A stretch of 63,514 nt of DNA, counting the filler, from Stramenopiles sp. TOSAG23-2 (lineage: Eukaryota): the NCBI GenBank assembly GCA_900128395.1. It is 8 parts of 8 records of this genome, joined end to end, with 100 filler letters (N's around TTAATTAATTAA, not from the genome) between each part and the next. Parts side by side here need not be neighbours in the genome. Positions count along the whole stretch, not along the records: positions 7,991 to 15,874 come from LT650265.1; positions 15,975 to 23,837 come from LT650266.1; 6 more parts are not named here. One strand, written 5' to 3'. Every line of letters starts with the position of its first letter. Within the stretch, counting starts at the first letter, position 1. Shown one piece after another: positions 10,997 through 21,470 of the stretch. The notes beneath the pieces were generated by a model. That model saw nothing but the letters and a program-made list of their open reading frames with translations, was not told the origin of the DNA and made no database searches. Position numbers and translations under genes: made by a program.

Positions 10997-13828
10997 ATGG
11001 CATCTAGAAAGAAAAAAACGAGGAAAGGTAGAGGTAGGAAAGGTAAAAAAACTAAAGGTAAAGATGGAAATAATAACGAAGAGGAAGATACAAATGCGAT
11101 ATTCCATGATGCATTTGATAAAATATGGACCAAAAGGGAATTACCAATGGAAGATCACCTGCCACCAAAACCATCAAAGCAAGCCATGCAAGATACATTC
11201 ATGGAAAGTTATCACTTTGAAGAGTCTCAAAAGGGTGCACCATCTTGGGCACGTCATAGATATTTTTTAGTTAATTACGGTATAGAAATGTTAGAACATT
11301 ATCAAACACAGCGTAGTTTGCATATGGATTTGATCATCTATACCTTTTTCGTCGTTCAATTTTGTATATATACATTTAACAATGTAACTGTTAACGATGC
11401 TGTACATATTAAAGATGCATTTAGTCAATCCCTCGTAGATTTTCCATATATCTTAGGAAACGAATCGTTTGATGAAAGGGCTGGTGCTGCTCCACGCAAA
11501 ACGATGTGGAATGTTAAAAATAGGGCAGATATTATGCCATGGATTGATAAAGTTTTAATTGGTTCTCCGTATGGCCCATTCGGCAGTGGTGGTGTAGCGA
11601 ATACTTCTAATTTTGGGATGGTTGGTGATCAAAATGTCGTTTTTGGTAAAATTCGTATACGCCAAGTCCGTACAAAGCCTGATTCATGTACAATGCATCC
11701 TGTTTTAGGAACTGTATTGACGGCACGTGCATGCTATGAAAGTCATAGTCCACAGTTTAAAGATACTGCTTCATTTGGTCCAGGAACAGCGAAAGCGGCG
11801 TGGAACGATTCACCTATGCCGGAGAGAGGGGAAGATGGGAAATATACGTATCGCACGGCAAGGGAGCTGTCGCTTATTAAACGCACGACTCCAGTCGATG
11901 GTAAAAGTGAATTTTATGCGACATTGGTATCACCATTTTTTTACGGGGTATATGGTCGTTATGATTTCGGTGGATATGCCGTTGATTTGCCAAAAGGGGA
12001 TCCAAAACATGCACATCAGATAGTCAAACAACTGATTAGTGATAATTGGATCGATGAAGGCACAGCATTTGTTACTGTATCAATGACTACATACAATCCA
12101 CAAGCAAATATGTTTATGTATTGCCAACTTTATTTTGAAGCGCCACCAAGTGGTTTTGTATCTCCAGGTGCTACCTTTAGACCTTTTCGAATGCCTGGAC
12201 TAAAATTTAAAACTCCTGGTGGATCAGATAGTTTATTTGATTATTATTTAAATCGTGCAATATTCAGTATATGGGTATTGTTTTGGTTTACACGTCTATG
12301 TTTAAAAGGATACCATGATTATCGCTCATTGGATATTTGGGATGTCGTTGATCTTGTAAATTTATTATTGCTTACATGGCAAATTTTAAATCGTTTTCAA
12401 TGGGAAACGAACTTTACAATGGTAACAACCTTTGATTCATACGCAGGTCATCCAGATTCTTACATGGATTTTTACCATTTATCATGGCTATTTGAATCAG
12501 AACGTTTGCTGACAGGAATCAATGGAATTTTAGTGTTCATTAAATATTTTAAATTAACACGCGTAGTCGTACGTCTATCTATGATTGTGCATGTCATGGA
12601 AATTGCTGCGAAGGAGCTTTTTAGTTGGATTATCATTGCAGGAATGTTATTTGCATCTTTGGCATTTGCTGCGCACATCAGTTTCGGTGCTACATTAATT
12701 GAATTCCACACATTAGTACGCTCCTTTATGACTTTATTTAATTATTTAATTGGATTGTATGAACAAGCACCAGATTCGGAAATGGATTTGACGATGAAGA
12801 CAGGGTATCGTTCTTTGCATTATGCCGGCTTACATGCGCATGTATTTGTTGCTGAAGGTGGTTTTTTCTTTGCATTTTTCAATTTATGCTATTACTTTTT
12901 ATTGACACGAATCTTAGTTGCCATTTTAATATCTGCATATTCTCGCGTATTACGGGAGATAGAGCGAGATGAAGAAATGGAAAAAGAGTTGAAAAAAATG
13001 AGAAGTTCCACTGATGAGCATGTGACGAAAACGTGGCATGATACATGGTATGGTAAATTATGGTTTTTATATTTCGATACAAGTGATGAAGTGAAAGTAT
13101 TAGCCCGATTAAAAAGTACGCCGGAACTTATGGAAAGAGGTTATTTAAGTTATGTAGAGTTAAGGGAAGCACTGTCAGGTACAGTTAAAAAAGAAGAAAA
13201 TTTAGATCCAATATGCAAGCGTTTAATCAATTTACAAAGGATACATTTGCATCGTGTCCCGGACATTACTGGCGTTTTAAAAGATAGGAAATGGTCAAAA
13301 GCGACATCATTAGAAACGTACATGCAACAACATCAAGGAGAACATGTTCAAGAAATTAATGATGCAATGATTGAGAAATTAAAAGTCGAAGAAGGTGTAT
13401 TTGCTATGGAACATTGGGATAGGGATATTATGAGTGGAGATGTGTTGCATAGTGCAATTTATGTCTTTCGGAAACATTTGGATGATGAATTTAAGAAATT
13501 CAGTGCTGTATTAAAAAGACAACAACGATCTTTACGCCAAATTATGGAACAACTGATTTTAATCGAAACGCGTATTGGACGTGCATACAGTTATTATACA
13601 GGGGAGAAATTGCAACATACGTTTTATACATCTGAAGAAGGCAAAGCATTATTTGAAGAATACCATGCAAAAATATTGCAAGAAAGGGAAGAGAAGAAGA
13701 GAGCTGAAATTGAAATGATGGAAGGTGAAAATGAAGGTGAAGATATTGAATCTGGAAGTGATGATGATGATGATGAATCAAAAGATGTTGATGTTGGAGA
13801 TATTGAAATGGTAGAGACGAAAAAATAA
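10997..13828 (+). CDS. PKD2: Polycystin-2/TRPP-like cation channel
   Basis: Polycystin (TOP) domain motifs RIRQVR...C, YDFGGYAVDL and WIDEGT...YNPQANMF; S4-S5 KYFKL...RLS; pore region FG...EFHTLVRSFMTLF; S6 LVAILISAY. The likely ATG is 10997 (the ORF track starts in a microsatellite). Confidence 0.88.
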   Translation: MASRKKKTRKGRGRKGKKTKGKDGNNNEEEDTNAIFHDAFDKIWTKRELPMEDHLPPKPSKQAMQDTFMESYHFEESQKGAPSWARHRYFLVNYGIEMLEHYQTQRSLHMDLIIYTFFVVQFCIYTFNNVTVNDAVHIKDAFSQSLVDFPYILGNESFDERAGAAPRKTMWNVKNRADIMPWIDKVLIGSPYGPFGSGGVANTSNFGMVGDQNVVFGKIRIRQVRTKPDSCTMHPVLGTVLTARACYESHSPQFKDTASFGPGTAKAAWNDSPMPERGEDGKYTYRTARELSLIKRTTPVDGKSEFYATLVSPFFYGVYGRYDFGGYAVDLPKGDPKHAHQIVKQLISDNWIDEGTAFVTVSMTTYNPQANMFMYCQLYFEAPPSGFVSPGATFRPFRMPGLKFKTPGGSDSLFDYYLNRAIFSIWVLFWFTRLCLKGYHDYRSLDIWDVVDLVNLLLLTWQILNRFQWETNFTMVTTFDSYAGHPDSYMDFYHLSWLFESERLLTGINGILVFIKYFKLTRVVVRLSMIVHVMEIAAKELFSWIIIAGMLFASLAFAAHISFGATLIEFHTLVRSFMTLFNYLIGLYEQAPDSEMDLTMKTGYRSLHYAGLHAHVFVAEGGFFFAFFNLCYYFLLTRILVAILISAYSRVLREIERDEEMEKELKKMRSSTDEHVTKTWHDTWYGKLWFLYFDTSDEVKVLARLKSTPELMERGYLSYVELREALSGTVKKEENLDPICKRLINLQRIHLHRVPDITGVLKDRKWSKATSLETYMQQHQGEHVQEINDAMIEKLKVEEGVFAMEHWDRDIMSGDVLHSAIYVFRKHLDDEFKKFSAVLKRQQRSLRQIMEQLILIETRIGRAYSYYTGEKLQHTFYTSEEGKALFEEYHAKILQEREEKKRAEIEMMEGENEGEDIESGSDDDDDESKDVDVGDIEMVETKK

Positions 13829-14003
13829 AATACGTAATATATATATATTATATATATTGTGTACTCTAAATATGTATTTCTTTAAATACCTTCTTTTATT
13901 TTTTAAATAAAAATACAATATATAATATCAATATGTGTGTAGTTTAAAAGTTTTAAGAAAGCCATAAAGTAAAAATTAAAATAAAATACATTTAATATTC
14001 GAC

Positions 14004-14312
14004 TCATCGTTTTTTTCCAGATGGTAGTTTTTTTTCAGTGAATAATACATGTTGACGAACTATCGGGTCATATTTACTATATGGACATATATATAGTATA
14101 GTGGTGTGTATGTTTGAATCATGTTAGTAAGTTATACAACAGTGTATTATATGTATGTGTATATATATATATATATATATTATAATATTTACTTACCGAA
14201 ATGCTAATTTCCTAGTAACCGTACGTGGATTCTTTCGTGTAGTATAAAAGAAACCAGTCCCAGCTGTACTTAAAAGCTGTATCAAGACTGTCTTTGCTTT
14301 GCCTTTTGCCAT
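14004..14312 (-). CDS. MRPL33: Mitochondrial ribosomal protein L33 (bL33m), 2 exons: 14312-14197 and 14076-14004
   Basis: Hand translation gives [62 protein letters not shown], with a 120-nt GTAAGT...TAG intron at 14196-14077. Absent from the ORF track. Confidence 0.95.
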
Positions 14313-14494
14313 GGTGAATGATTAACTTTTTTAAAAAACAGCTACAAATCGATGTTTGTAATTTATATTTTGTATTATTTATAATACAACATTTCTATTG
14401 TGTTTTATTAATTATTTTATTTTTGTATTTATTATATATGAATGGTGAGTGTTTTGGTGGTGGTATTCTTCCATATTCCATATCGTACTATTAT

Positions 14495-14692
14495 TGGAGC
14501 ACAATAATTAGAATCTGTACTTGGTCCTATCAGATTTGTATACTGAGGATTTTAACGAGATTTTGATCGAATTTGGACCCTTAAACCAAGGGCAACCACA
14601 CTGGAGCACAATAATTAGAATCTGTACTTGGTCCTATCAGATTTGTATACTGAGGATTTTAACGAGATTTTGATCGAATTTGGACCCTTAAA
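14495..14692. repeat. Perfect 91-bp direct repeat with 16-bp spacer
   Basis: 14495-14585 equals 14602-14692 (tggagcacaataattag...ggacccttaaa). Confidence 0.93.
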
Positions 14693-14934
14693 ATATTATT
14701 GGATAGATAGGAATATTGATGGTGTAAAAGTATACAAGTTAATGATACTAAAACAGACTTGCATTTCCAATTTTCCAACACATTCAATAAGCCAGTAACG
14801 GGATAGGATTTTTATGAAAAAATATATTTTTCATATATAACAAAAAGCATGTAGTATGTAAGTTCATATCGTTAAATGTATTTAAGCAATAATGTTTATA
14901 TATATATGGAATATATTTGAATGGATTTTAATAC

Positions 14935-15365
14935 TCATCTCGTGAAAATTACCATATTTTGCATTTTATGTTTTGCATTACCTCCAGTCCCTATCATTGC
15001 CGTACTGACAATAATATCCTCCTCCTCCTCCTCATCTTCCTCCTCATCTTTCTCCTCGTCTTCTTCATCGCGTTTCTTGCCTTCCCCATCCTCGTTCCTT
15101 CCCTGTTTTGATTTATTTCCATCATGATCTTCCTCCTCATTGTCTTTCTTGCCTTCACCATCCTTGTTCCTTCCCTCTTTTGATTTGTCTACTTTAAATG
15201 ATTTTCTGTATCATTTTCAGTTTCAAAACTATCAATTAATATGCCACCCTTTTCCAACTCATTGATTATGCTTTGGCTATTATTAGTACTATCATTATTA
15301 TTATTATTGCTTTGACTATTATCATTATTATTACTTCGGTATTTTGGGTATATGCAATCACTCAT
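14935..15365 (-). pseudogene. Frameshifted low-complexity (Asn-rich, then acidic) gene fragment
   Basis: MSDCIYPKYRSNNNDN...ENHLK* continues in a shifted frame as KVDKSKEGRNKDGEGKK...EEEED...FTR*, with an internal ~40-bp duplication. Confidence 0.4.
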
Positions 15366-15413
15366 GCCATTTTCTGTGGCATGATAATATATATTATTAG
15401 GAAAGATTATTTA

Positions 15414-15655
15414 CAAATATACCAAACCTAAAATGACTGAAAAAACGACCTAGTGATAATTAAACGAAATACGCAAATGACTAAGGCTTTTTATTGAACC
15501 GTTGGTTTGTGGATTCAATAGAAATATACGATGTCAAATATACCAAACCTAAAATGACTGAAAAAACGACCTAGTGATAATTAAACGAAATACGCAAATG
15601 ACTAAGGCTTTTTATTGAACCGTTGGTTTGTGCATTCAATAGAAATATACGATGT
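15414..15655. repeat. Tandem duplication, 121-bp period, near-identical
   Basis: caaatataccaaacctaaaatgac...gaaatatacgatgt x2. Confidence 0.93.
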
Positions 15656-15874
15656 TTGTATAATGTATGAAAACTTTAACGGTTTAGATTTTTTATTAAA
15701 ACGTTAAAAAAAAATATATGTGTATATGTCTATTGGATGATATATCTGCTATATAATTATAGATTATTTATAAATAGTATATATATTATAATTGATAACA
15801 ATGTAAAAAATGTAAATGTATCTTTCCATCCGCAATATGTTTTGGAGAGGTTTTTTTTAAGGGATTGCCTAAAA

Positions 15875-15974
15875 NNNNNNNNNNNNNNNNNNNNNNNNNN
15901 NNNNNNNNNNNNNNNNNNTTAATTAATTAANNNNNNNNNNNNNNNNNNNNNNNNNNNNNNNNNNNNNNNNNNNN
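15875..15974. other. Artificial contig spacer
   Basis: N44-TTAATTAATTAA-N44. Confidence 0.99.
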
Positions 15975-16327
15975 GTGCATTTGATGTTATCAATGTATTG
16001 TTAAAATATCAGAAATGAAGGACAACGTATATTTAGTATTTGTATAAACACGTGTGTGATTTGTCTACTTTATATATATATATATATATATATATCATTC
16101 CATGTTGCATAAGATTATATATCGTGTGTGTGAAATTTTGGCTCCCTTGAAACCAAAAGGATCTTTCTCATTTAAAAAAAATGTAAAAAAAAATACGTAA
16201 AGTAAAAAGCTAAAAGTATATATATATAGTCAATATTTTAGGAATAATTTTATTTAGTATAATATACCTTAAAATACAATAGACTCTGATGCTTCCTTTT
16301 TTTTTACCAACTCTTTTGAGAAGCAAT

Positions 16328-18073
16328 TCATGGTTCTTTGATACAATCATTCGGTTCATTTTTGCTTCCTCGGCATTCGCCACGACGAAATTGATGATAT
16401 GCATTTCTCCATTTCAACCACTTCGGGTATTTTTCATGGATCTGAAATAAAAGCGGCCCAGGTCCTTCTTCTTTAGCAGCAATTGGCAATGTCGTAAAAG
16501 TTGATTCATGTTTCATCGTTTCAAAATTTGAACTACGTAGAATAACACTTTGTGCTAATACCTTCCCAGCAAAAATAATTTCTTTCTCCTCTGTCTCCAA
16601 GAAATAATTCATTTTTTCTTGATGCATTTTTGCAACCAAATCGAATTCAGTGCAACTTACAACGATACAATCCGTTGGAACAGATTTGAGAAGTTGAATA
16701 AAAGTATCGAATGCGGCTGACGAAGAAGCTCCAGTACTTTTTATATCAATAATTGCTTTTTGACTGAGATTTTGAATTTTATCATCCAATTTCACGATAC
16801 CTGGAATTCGTCGGTATGGGCTCATCCCATCAATGTCACCAACAATTTTACTACCTAGCACCGCTACTGATGAAGTAATATGCCGTCGATAAATCTCGTC
16901 AGCAACGCACTGAATGATTGAAATAAACGTGCAATTGCTACCTTTCAACCACAATTGAATGTTCGTTTCGAGAACATGCAATGTATTGCATGCTAAGGCA
17001 ATGTAATCGACTTTTTTTGCCAAATCCTTTACAATCCTTTTAATTACAGGTAATAATTTTGTTTCCCGATCTTTCCAAGTGCTGAGTAAATGCGGCCCTC
17101 CAACTCTAGCATCACTCACCATTTCGAGTGAAATGGAGTCTCGATCACTAGGAAGTGTCCCACCAAAAAACTCACGCTGCGATTGAAAAATGAGGTCAGC
17201 CAAGTTCACACCAGCGCTTGGACCACTTCCTCCAATCACCCCAACCCACTTTTTTGGAATTTCTGACAATGACAATGCACGACAAAAATTTGAGTTATTC
17301 GAACGTGTGGCATGCACAAAGTAAACATTCTGGTACCATTCGCCGTCATCGCCTTTTACAATTCTTAGGTCATCTGGATTTTCAGCATTAAGGTGTTGGT
17401 AACACGCCAAAATATCACGATGTTTTTGACCAATTTTCAACTTCGCTGTCGATACAATTCTCCAGTTTTTACTACCAAAGGATTGATTAAGCATTCGTTG
17501 TGTCTCCTTCCAGGAAGATACAGACCTTCCAATCGTCAAAAGAGAGCCCCCAGGTCGAAGACGTGACCGACTTCCAGAAATCACCATGTCGAGGACGCTC
17601 CGGCCACCATCTGATGCATGGTACCATGCATGACATTTTCTTTCGTTGAGACCCTCAACAATTGGAGTCTGCGGTGGATTTGATACGATAAGATCAAAAC
17701 CATCATCATTTGATTTCTTTCCTTCATCAAATGCAGCAAAACCATCTGAAATCTTGGCCACAAGTCGAGAGTTACAATCTTTTAAATTCCATTTCCAATT
17801 TACATTTGTCAGCTGTATACAGCTAGGATCAACATCGTACGCATGACATTCTTGAAAACCTAGCCGCGCAAGTACCATCGCAATATGTCCATGTCCACAA
17901 CCCATATCTAGGCCAAACTTATTTGGAAGACCATTACGCTTTCTTTCCCCTACAATTTTAATCAATGGCTCAACAATTGCAAGTCCTAAGCTAGATGGCG
18001 GCGTTGCACTCGTGTCGGAAGTGACTTTCAATACAGTGCCACCTGGTAGAGGCGGTAATTTCAATGGCAACAT
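16328..18073 (-). CDS. Fusion of a class I SAM-dependent methyltransferase (HemK/MTS-like) and a PLP-independent Asp/Glu racemase
   Basis: Residues ~50-256 carry LDMGCGHG, AYDVD, FDLIVSNPPQTP, DGGRSVLD and LRPGG. Residues ~275-512 carry VGVIGGSGPSAG, IALACNTLH (Cys362), VAVLGS and IVVSCTEF (Cys474). Confidence 0.85.
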   Translation of the reverse strand: MLPLKLPPLPGGTVLKVTSDTSATPPSSLGLAIVEPLIKIVGERKRNGLPNKFGLDMGCGHGHIAMVLARLGFQECHAYDVDPSCIQLTNVNWKWNLKDCNSRLVAKISDGFAAFDEGKKSNDDGFDLIVSNPPQTPIVEGLNERKCHAWYHASDGGRSVLDMVISGSRSRLRPGGSLLTIGRSVSSWKETQRMLNQSFGSKNWRIVSTAKLKIGQKHRDILACYQHLNAENPDDLRIVKGDDGEWYQNVYFVHATRSNNSNFCRALSLSEIPKKWVGVIGGSGPSAGVNLADLIFQSQREFFGGTLPSDRDSISLEMVSDARVGGPHLLSTWKDRETKLLPVIKRIVKDLAKKVDYIALACNTLHVLETNIQLWLKGSNCTFISIIQCVADEIYRRHITSSVAVLGSKIVGDIDGMSPYRRIPGIVKLDDKIQNLSQKAIIDIKSTGASSSAAFDTFIQLLKSVPTDCIVVSCTEFDLVAKMHQEKMNYFLETEEKEIIFAGKVLAQSVILRSSNFETMKHESTFTTLPIAAKEEGPGPLLFQIHEKYPKWLKWRNAYHQFRRGECRGSKNEPNDCIKEP

Positions 18074-18560
18074 AAATCAATTACAAATTATTTGTGTCTT
18101 TGCAGTGATAGATATTGTTGCTTTGCTTTTCTATAATAGAACAATTGTATATGGTCTAGACAAAATACAAACGTATTAATACTTTCTGTATAATTGTGTG
18201 AATATAGTCGGTAAAGGGGAAAAAAGTGTAGTGTTCGCTCTTTTGTGTGTGACCGTATATAATAAATATTAATAATACTGTGGTACAGTACAGCTGAGCT
18301 ACTGGAAATTAGCAAAGTTTCGACCGGATCCACATACAAGAAAACAAGAAAACCTTTCTGCTTTATTATATAATAGCATCGCAATAGCACTACTGCAGCA
18401 GCCTTCCCGTGCGATAATATTAATATGCACACAAGTTGTGTATAATAATAACCCACAAAAGGGCCAAACATAAATATATATCTATACATATACGTGACAC
18501 CACTGTAAAAAATCAATCGACAAAAACAATATCCAATTTTAATATCAATAAAATAAGAAA

Positions 18561-18902
18561 ATGCTTTCAAAAGAAATAAAAAGCGCAATTCGTTGTTTCT
18601 ATCGAACAATTATAAAAAAGGGGCATGAAAATAATGAACCGATAAAATTAGGATATGTATCTAGTTTAAATCTAAAAACTTATGAATTATATGACTGGTC
18701 TTGTGATAATCCAGACTTTCCAGATTTTTTTAGCGGCGGATCCAATGGTAAATACAATTCATTACGCGATACATTAATTTTATTATCAAAACAATCTGAA
18801 GGACAAGATGACATTAATGATTTAAGATCAGTCACTGCTGGAATTCGTAATGATTTGTATAAATCAAAACCTCCAAAATTAAATAAGAAATTTATTACCT
18901 AA
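18561..18902 (+). CDS. Short hypothetical ORF or gene fragment
   Basis: 113 aa with protein-like composition; no family recognised. Confidence 0.35.
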   Translation: MLSKEIKSAIRCFYRTIIKKGHENNEPIKLGYVSSLNLKTYELYDWSCDNPDFPDFFSGGSNGKYNSLRDTLILLSKQSEGQDDINDLRSVTAGIRNDLYKSKPPKLNKKFIT

Positions 18903-19324
18903 AGTATTATGATTATGTGTTTTTAAATCTCTGTAGACTCGTCATTGAATTGATGGGTTGTACAGTTGTACACAGAGGTTATATATTTTTGCTCTGGTTG
19001 GTATGGTGGATTTTCCATTAATTATATTTAAAATTTAACTTAACTTTAAGATTTTAGTTAATATTATGATATGTGATGATGGGTTGTTTATTTTTTTAAA
19101 TTTTTACTCGAGACATCTGATTTTTAATTTCTACACACTTCTCCAAATGTACCTAGGTATCATACCGTAATATATATGCTTATAAATTATTATAACTTCA
19201 AGATTTTAACGATACATTTATATGATTAAATATGTACGAGTTACGTACAATAATTGTTCACCATACTGCAATTTATTATGTACACACTGTATAATATATA
19301 AATTTTACACACGCATATGATACT

Positions 19325-19400
19325 ACATTTTGCTTTAAACTGCTGCTGCTGCACCTTCCTTATTTAATAAAATAACTTTGTTTAGTCCAGGTCCAGGCAA
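19325..19400 (-). repeat. Degenerate copy of the 3' end of the sulfatase gene
   Basis: acattttgctttaaactgctgctgctgcaccttccttatt...ccaggtccagg parallels 19544-19607. Confidence 0.75.
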
Positions 19401-19541
19401 AATACCAAAATTAAAACTTGATATTCAGGCACACTATAAAAGCGTATAATATATATATATATACTCAGGCAGGTTTGATCGTTCCAAAAACCTCAGGCTG
19501 ATATGATACCCTTCGCTCCACAAACAAACCTCAGGCATCGA

Positions 19542-21062
19542 TCACATTTTGCTTAATACTGCCGCTGCTGCTGCAGCTGCACCTTCCTTATTAATGCCAG
19601 GTCCAGGTTCAGGTGCAGGAAAAATTTTTGGACGTATTTCACCTATTCGCTCCATTTCATTTGACAACATGGTACCCAACATTTTTCGAATATCAACAAG
19701 TTCTGGTTTGCAAACGAGATTTACTAATTGATTTGGATCTGTATCATTGTCATAAAGAAAATCTTCCACATACGATTCTGATCCTATTGGTGGAGGATGA
19801 TCCCGTAATTTGCGCCACCGTTTCCCTTTTGAATCAAATCTCCATGGACTCCCAGGTATACGGACACTATATGTCCATCGAGCTGTTCGTATCATTCGAC
19901 CAACTTGACTTTCACTAATTTGTGCAAGATGCCCGCTACGCCATGGCTGAAAATTTGACGTGTTGTTGTTAGCATTTAACTCTTGCAATGGTCTGCCATG
20001 CCAATCAGGTGGAATTGGAATATTTGCTGCACGTAGCAAAGTAGCTGATACATCTGTAAGGGAAACAAGATCATGGCTTACGAAACCAGGGGTAAAATTT
20101 GACAAACCTCGTATTACTAGAGGAATTCGAATAGAGGAATCATGGCAACTACGTTTGTAATGTGCATTCCTTGTTCTAAAATGGCATCCGTGATCTGATG
20201 CAAATATAACTACCGTATCCTCTGCAAGCCCAAGTGTATCAAGGTGTTCCAAGACACGGCCTAGGGAATGATCTAAATGGTGAACACATGCAAGATAATT
20301 GGCATAATGTTTCTTTGAATCACCACCAAGCGCACGCAAATCACCAGGCAACTCTGCATCTTTAAACTTCCCCGCCAAACCGTTCGGTGGCTCATATTCA
20401 TTTGTGTCGTTCTGATGATGCGGCTCTAGAAAGGATAAAAAAAGAAACCATGGTGCTGCTTCTTCTTCTTCCTCATTACCTGAGTTGTTGCTAAAATTTG
20501 TCATCATCTCCAAGAACTTATCTGTCATATAATCAACACGATGTGTATCTTTGCCAAATTCATGCTTCTTCATACTTTCATCAAAAAGAAAGCCCCCATA
20601 CCCATGGCTTGTGAATTCCAATGCATCTGCTGCAAGCCATCCATCGGCAAATCCACCTCTTCTACTTGGTGGTACCGCTTTGATATGGTATGGACTTGCC
20701 CAAGAAGAGGCTAAATGCCATTTACCAACGTATCCACAACGATATCCAGCAGAACTTAATTCTTTTGCCGTTGTTGCGGTGTCTTCAGGTAAATATATAT
20801 TATTGATATGCACCCCGGTTGTTGTTGGATAACGTCCACTGACTAATGCAGACCGAGCTGGGCCACATACTGGATTTGGTGTATATGCATTATTGCAACG
20901 TATTCCTGATGCAGCTAGTTGATCTAAATTAGGCGTGGTGGACGGACAATTAATTACGTTCGTTTGCCCATAACAAGATGCAGAATCAGCACGTTGTTGA
21001 TCCGTGAAAAATACAAGTAAATTTGGACGACGGCGTTTTGTGGTTGGGACATGCGTTTCCAT
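19542..21062 (-). CDS. Formylglycine-dependent sulfatase (S1 family), bacterial-like, no evident signal peptide
   Basis: RPNLLVFFTDQQR, CGPARSALVSG (CxPxR), GYVGKWHL, EPH, FASDHG, SIRIPLVI and LYD...DPNQLVNL. Confidence 0.93.
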   Translation of the reverse strand: METHVPTTKRRRPNLLVFFTDQQRADSASCYGQTNVINCPSTTPNLDQLAASGIRCNNAYTPNPVCGPARSALVSGRYPTTTGVHINNIYLPEDTATTAKELSSAGYRCGYVGKWHLASSWASPYHIKAVPPSRRGGFADGWLAADALEFTSHGYGGFLFDESMKKHEFGKDTHRVDYMTDKFLEMMTNFSNNSGNEEEEEAAPWFLFLSFLEPHHQNDTNEYEPPNGLAGKFKDAELPGDLRALGGDSKKHYANYLACVHHLDHSLGRVLEHLDTLGLAEDTVVIFASDHGCHFRTRNAHYKRSCHDSSIRIPLVIRGLSNFTPGFVSHDLVSLTDVSATLLRAANIPIPPDWHGRPLQELNANNNTSNFQPWRSGHLAQISESQVGRMIRTARWTYSVRIPGSPWRFDSKGKRWRKLRDHPPPIGSESYVEDFLYDNDTDPNQLVNLVCKPELVDIRKMLGTMLSNEMERIGEIRPKIFPAPEPGPGINKEGAAAAAAAVLSKM

Positions 21063-21470
21063 GATATTGTGTAAAAATAGATGTATTATCGATATGTATA
21101 TATATATGTATGTTTTCTTTGATATTATTCTATATCTATATATATGTCATGTATACCACATCAATGATTATATATTATTATTTTTTATATTAATAGAGGA
21201 GTATTTATTAATAAATAGTCATCACTTTTTTGGTTAAGGTTTAAAAAAGTGTAATTTGTGGTTTTGGACCGGAACCCCGACTCGAACCATCTTTGTAAGG
21301 CTATTTGCATACTATGATATAATTAATATGGACACAGCACTAATGTCAATTGAACCAACTAAAGTAATCTATTCCGAAATGAGAAACTCAATCTATAACG
21401 ATTGAAGTTTCTAGCTTAAGTTTGAACGCTCCTCAGGCGATTCATCTTTTTTATTTATTGTTATCAAAAA

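Noticed and set aside
10565-11133. Small ORFs and the 10910 start of the PKD2-like ORF
   Set aside because: They are translations of (TA)n/(TG)n microsatellites; the likely start is ATG 10997.
14495-14692. Repeat-spacer-repeat as a CRISPR array
   Set aside because: Only two 91-bp repeats and a 16-bp spacer, in eukaryotic context with no cas genes.
18088-18609. 173-aa hydrophobic minus ORF ending just before the fusion gene (operon-like)
   Set aside because: Its composition fits AT-rich non-coding DNA, with no motif and no ribosome-binding site.
21262-21292. GGTTCGAGTC (tRNA T-loop/B-box-like) on the minus strand
   Set aside because: The flanks do not form a T-stem, and no cloverleaf is apparent.
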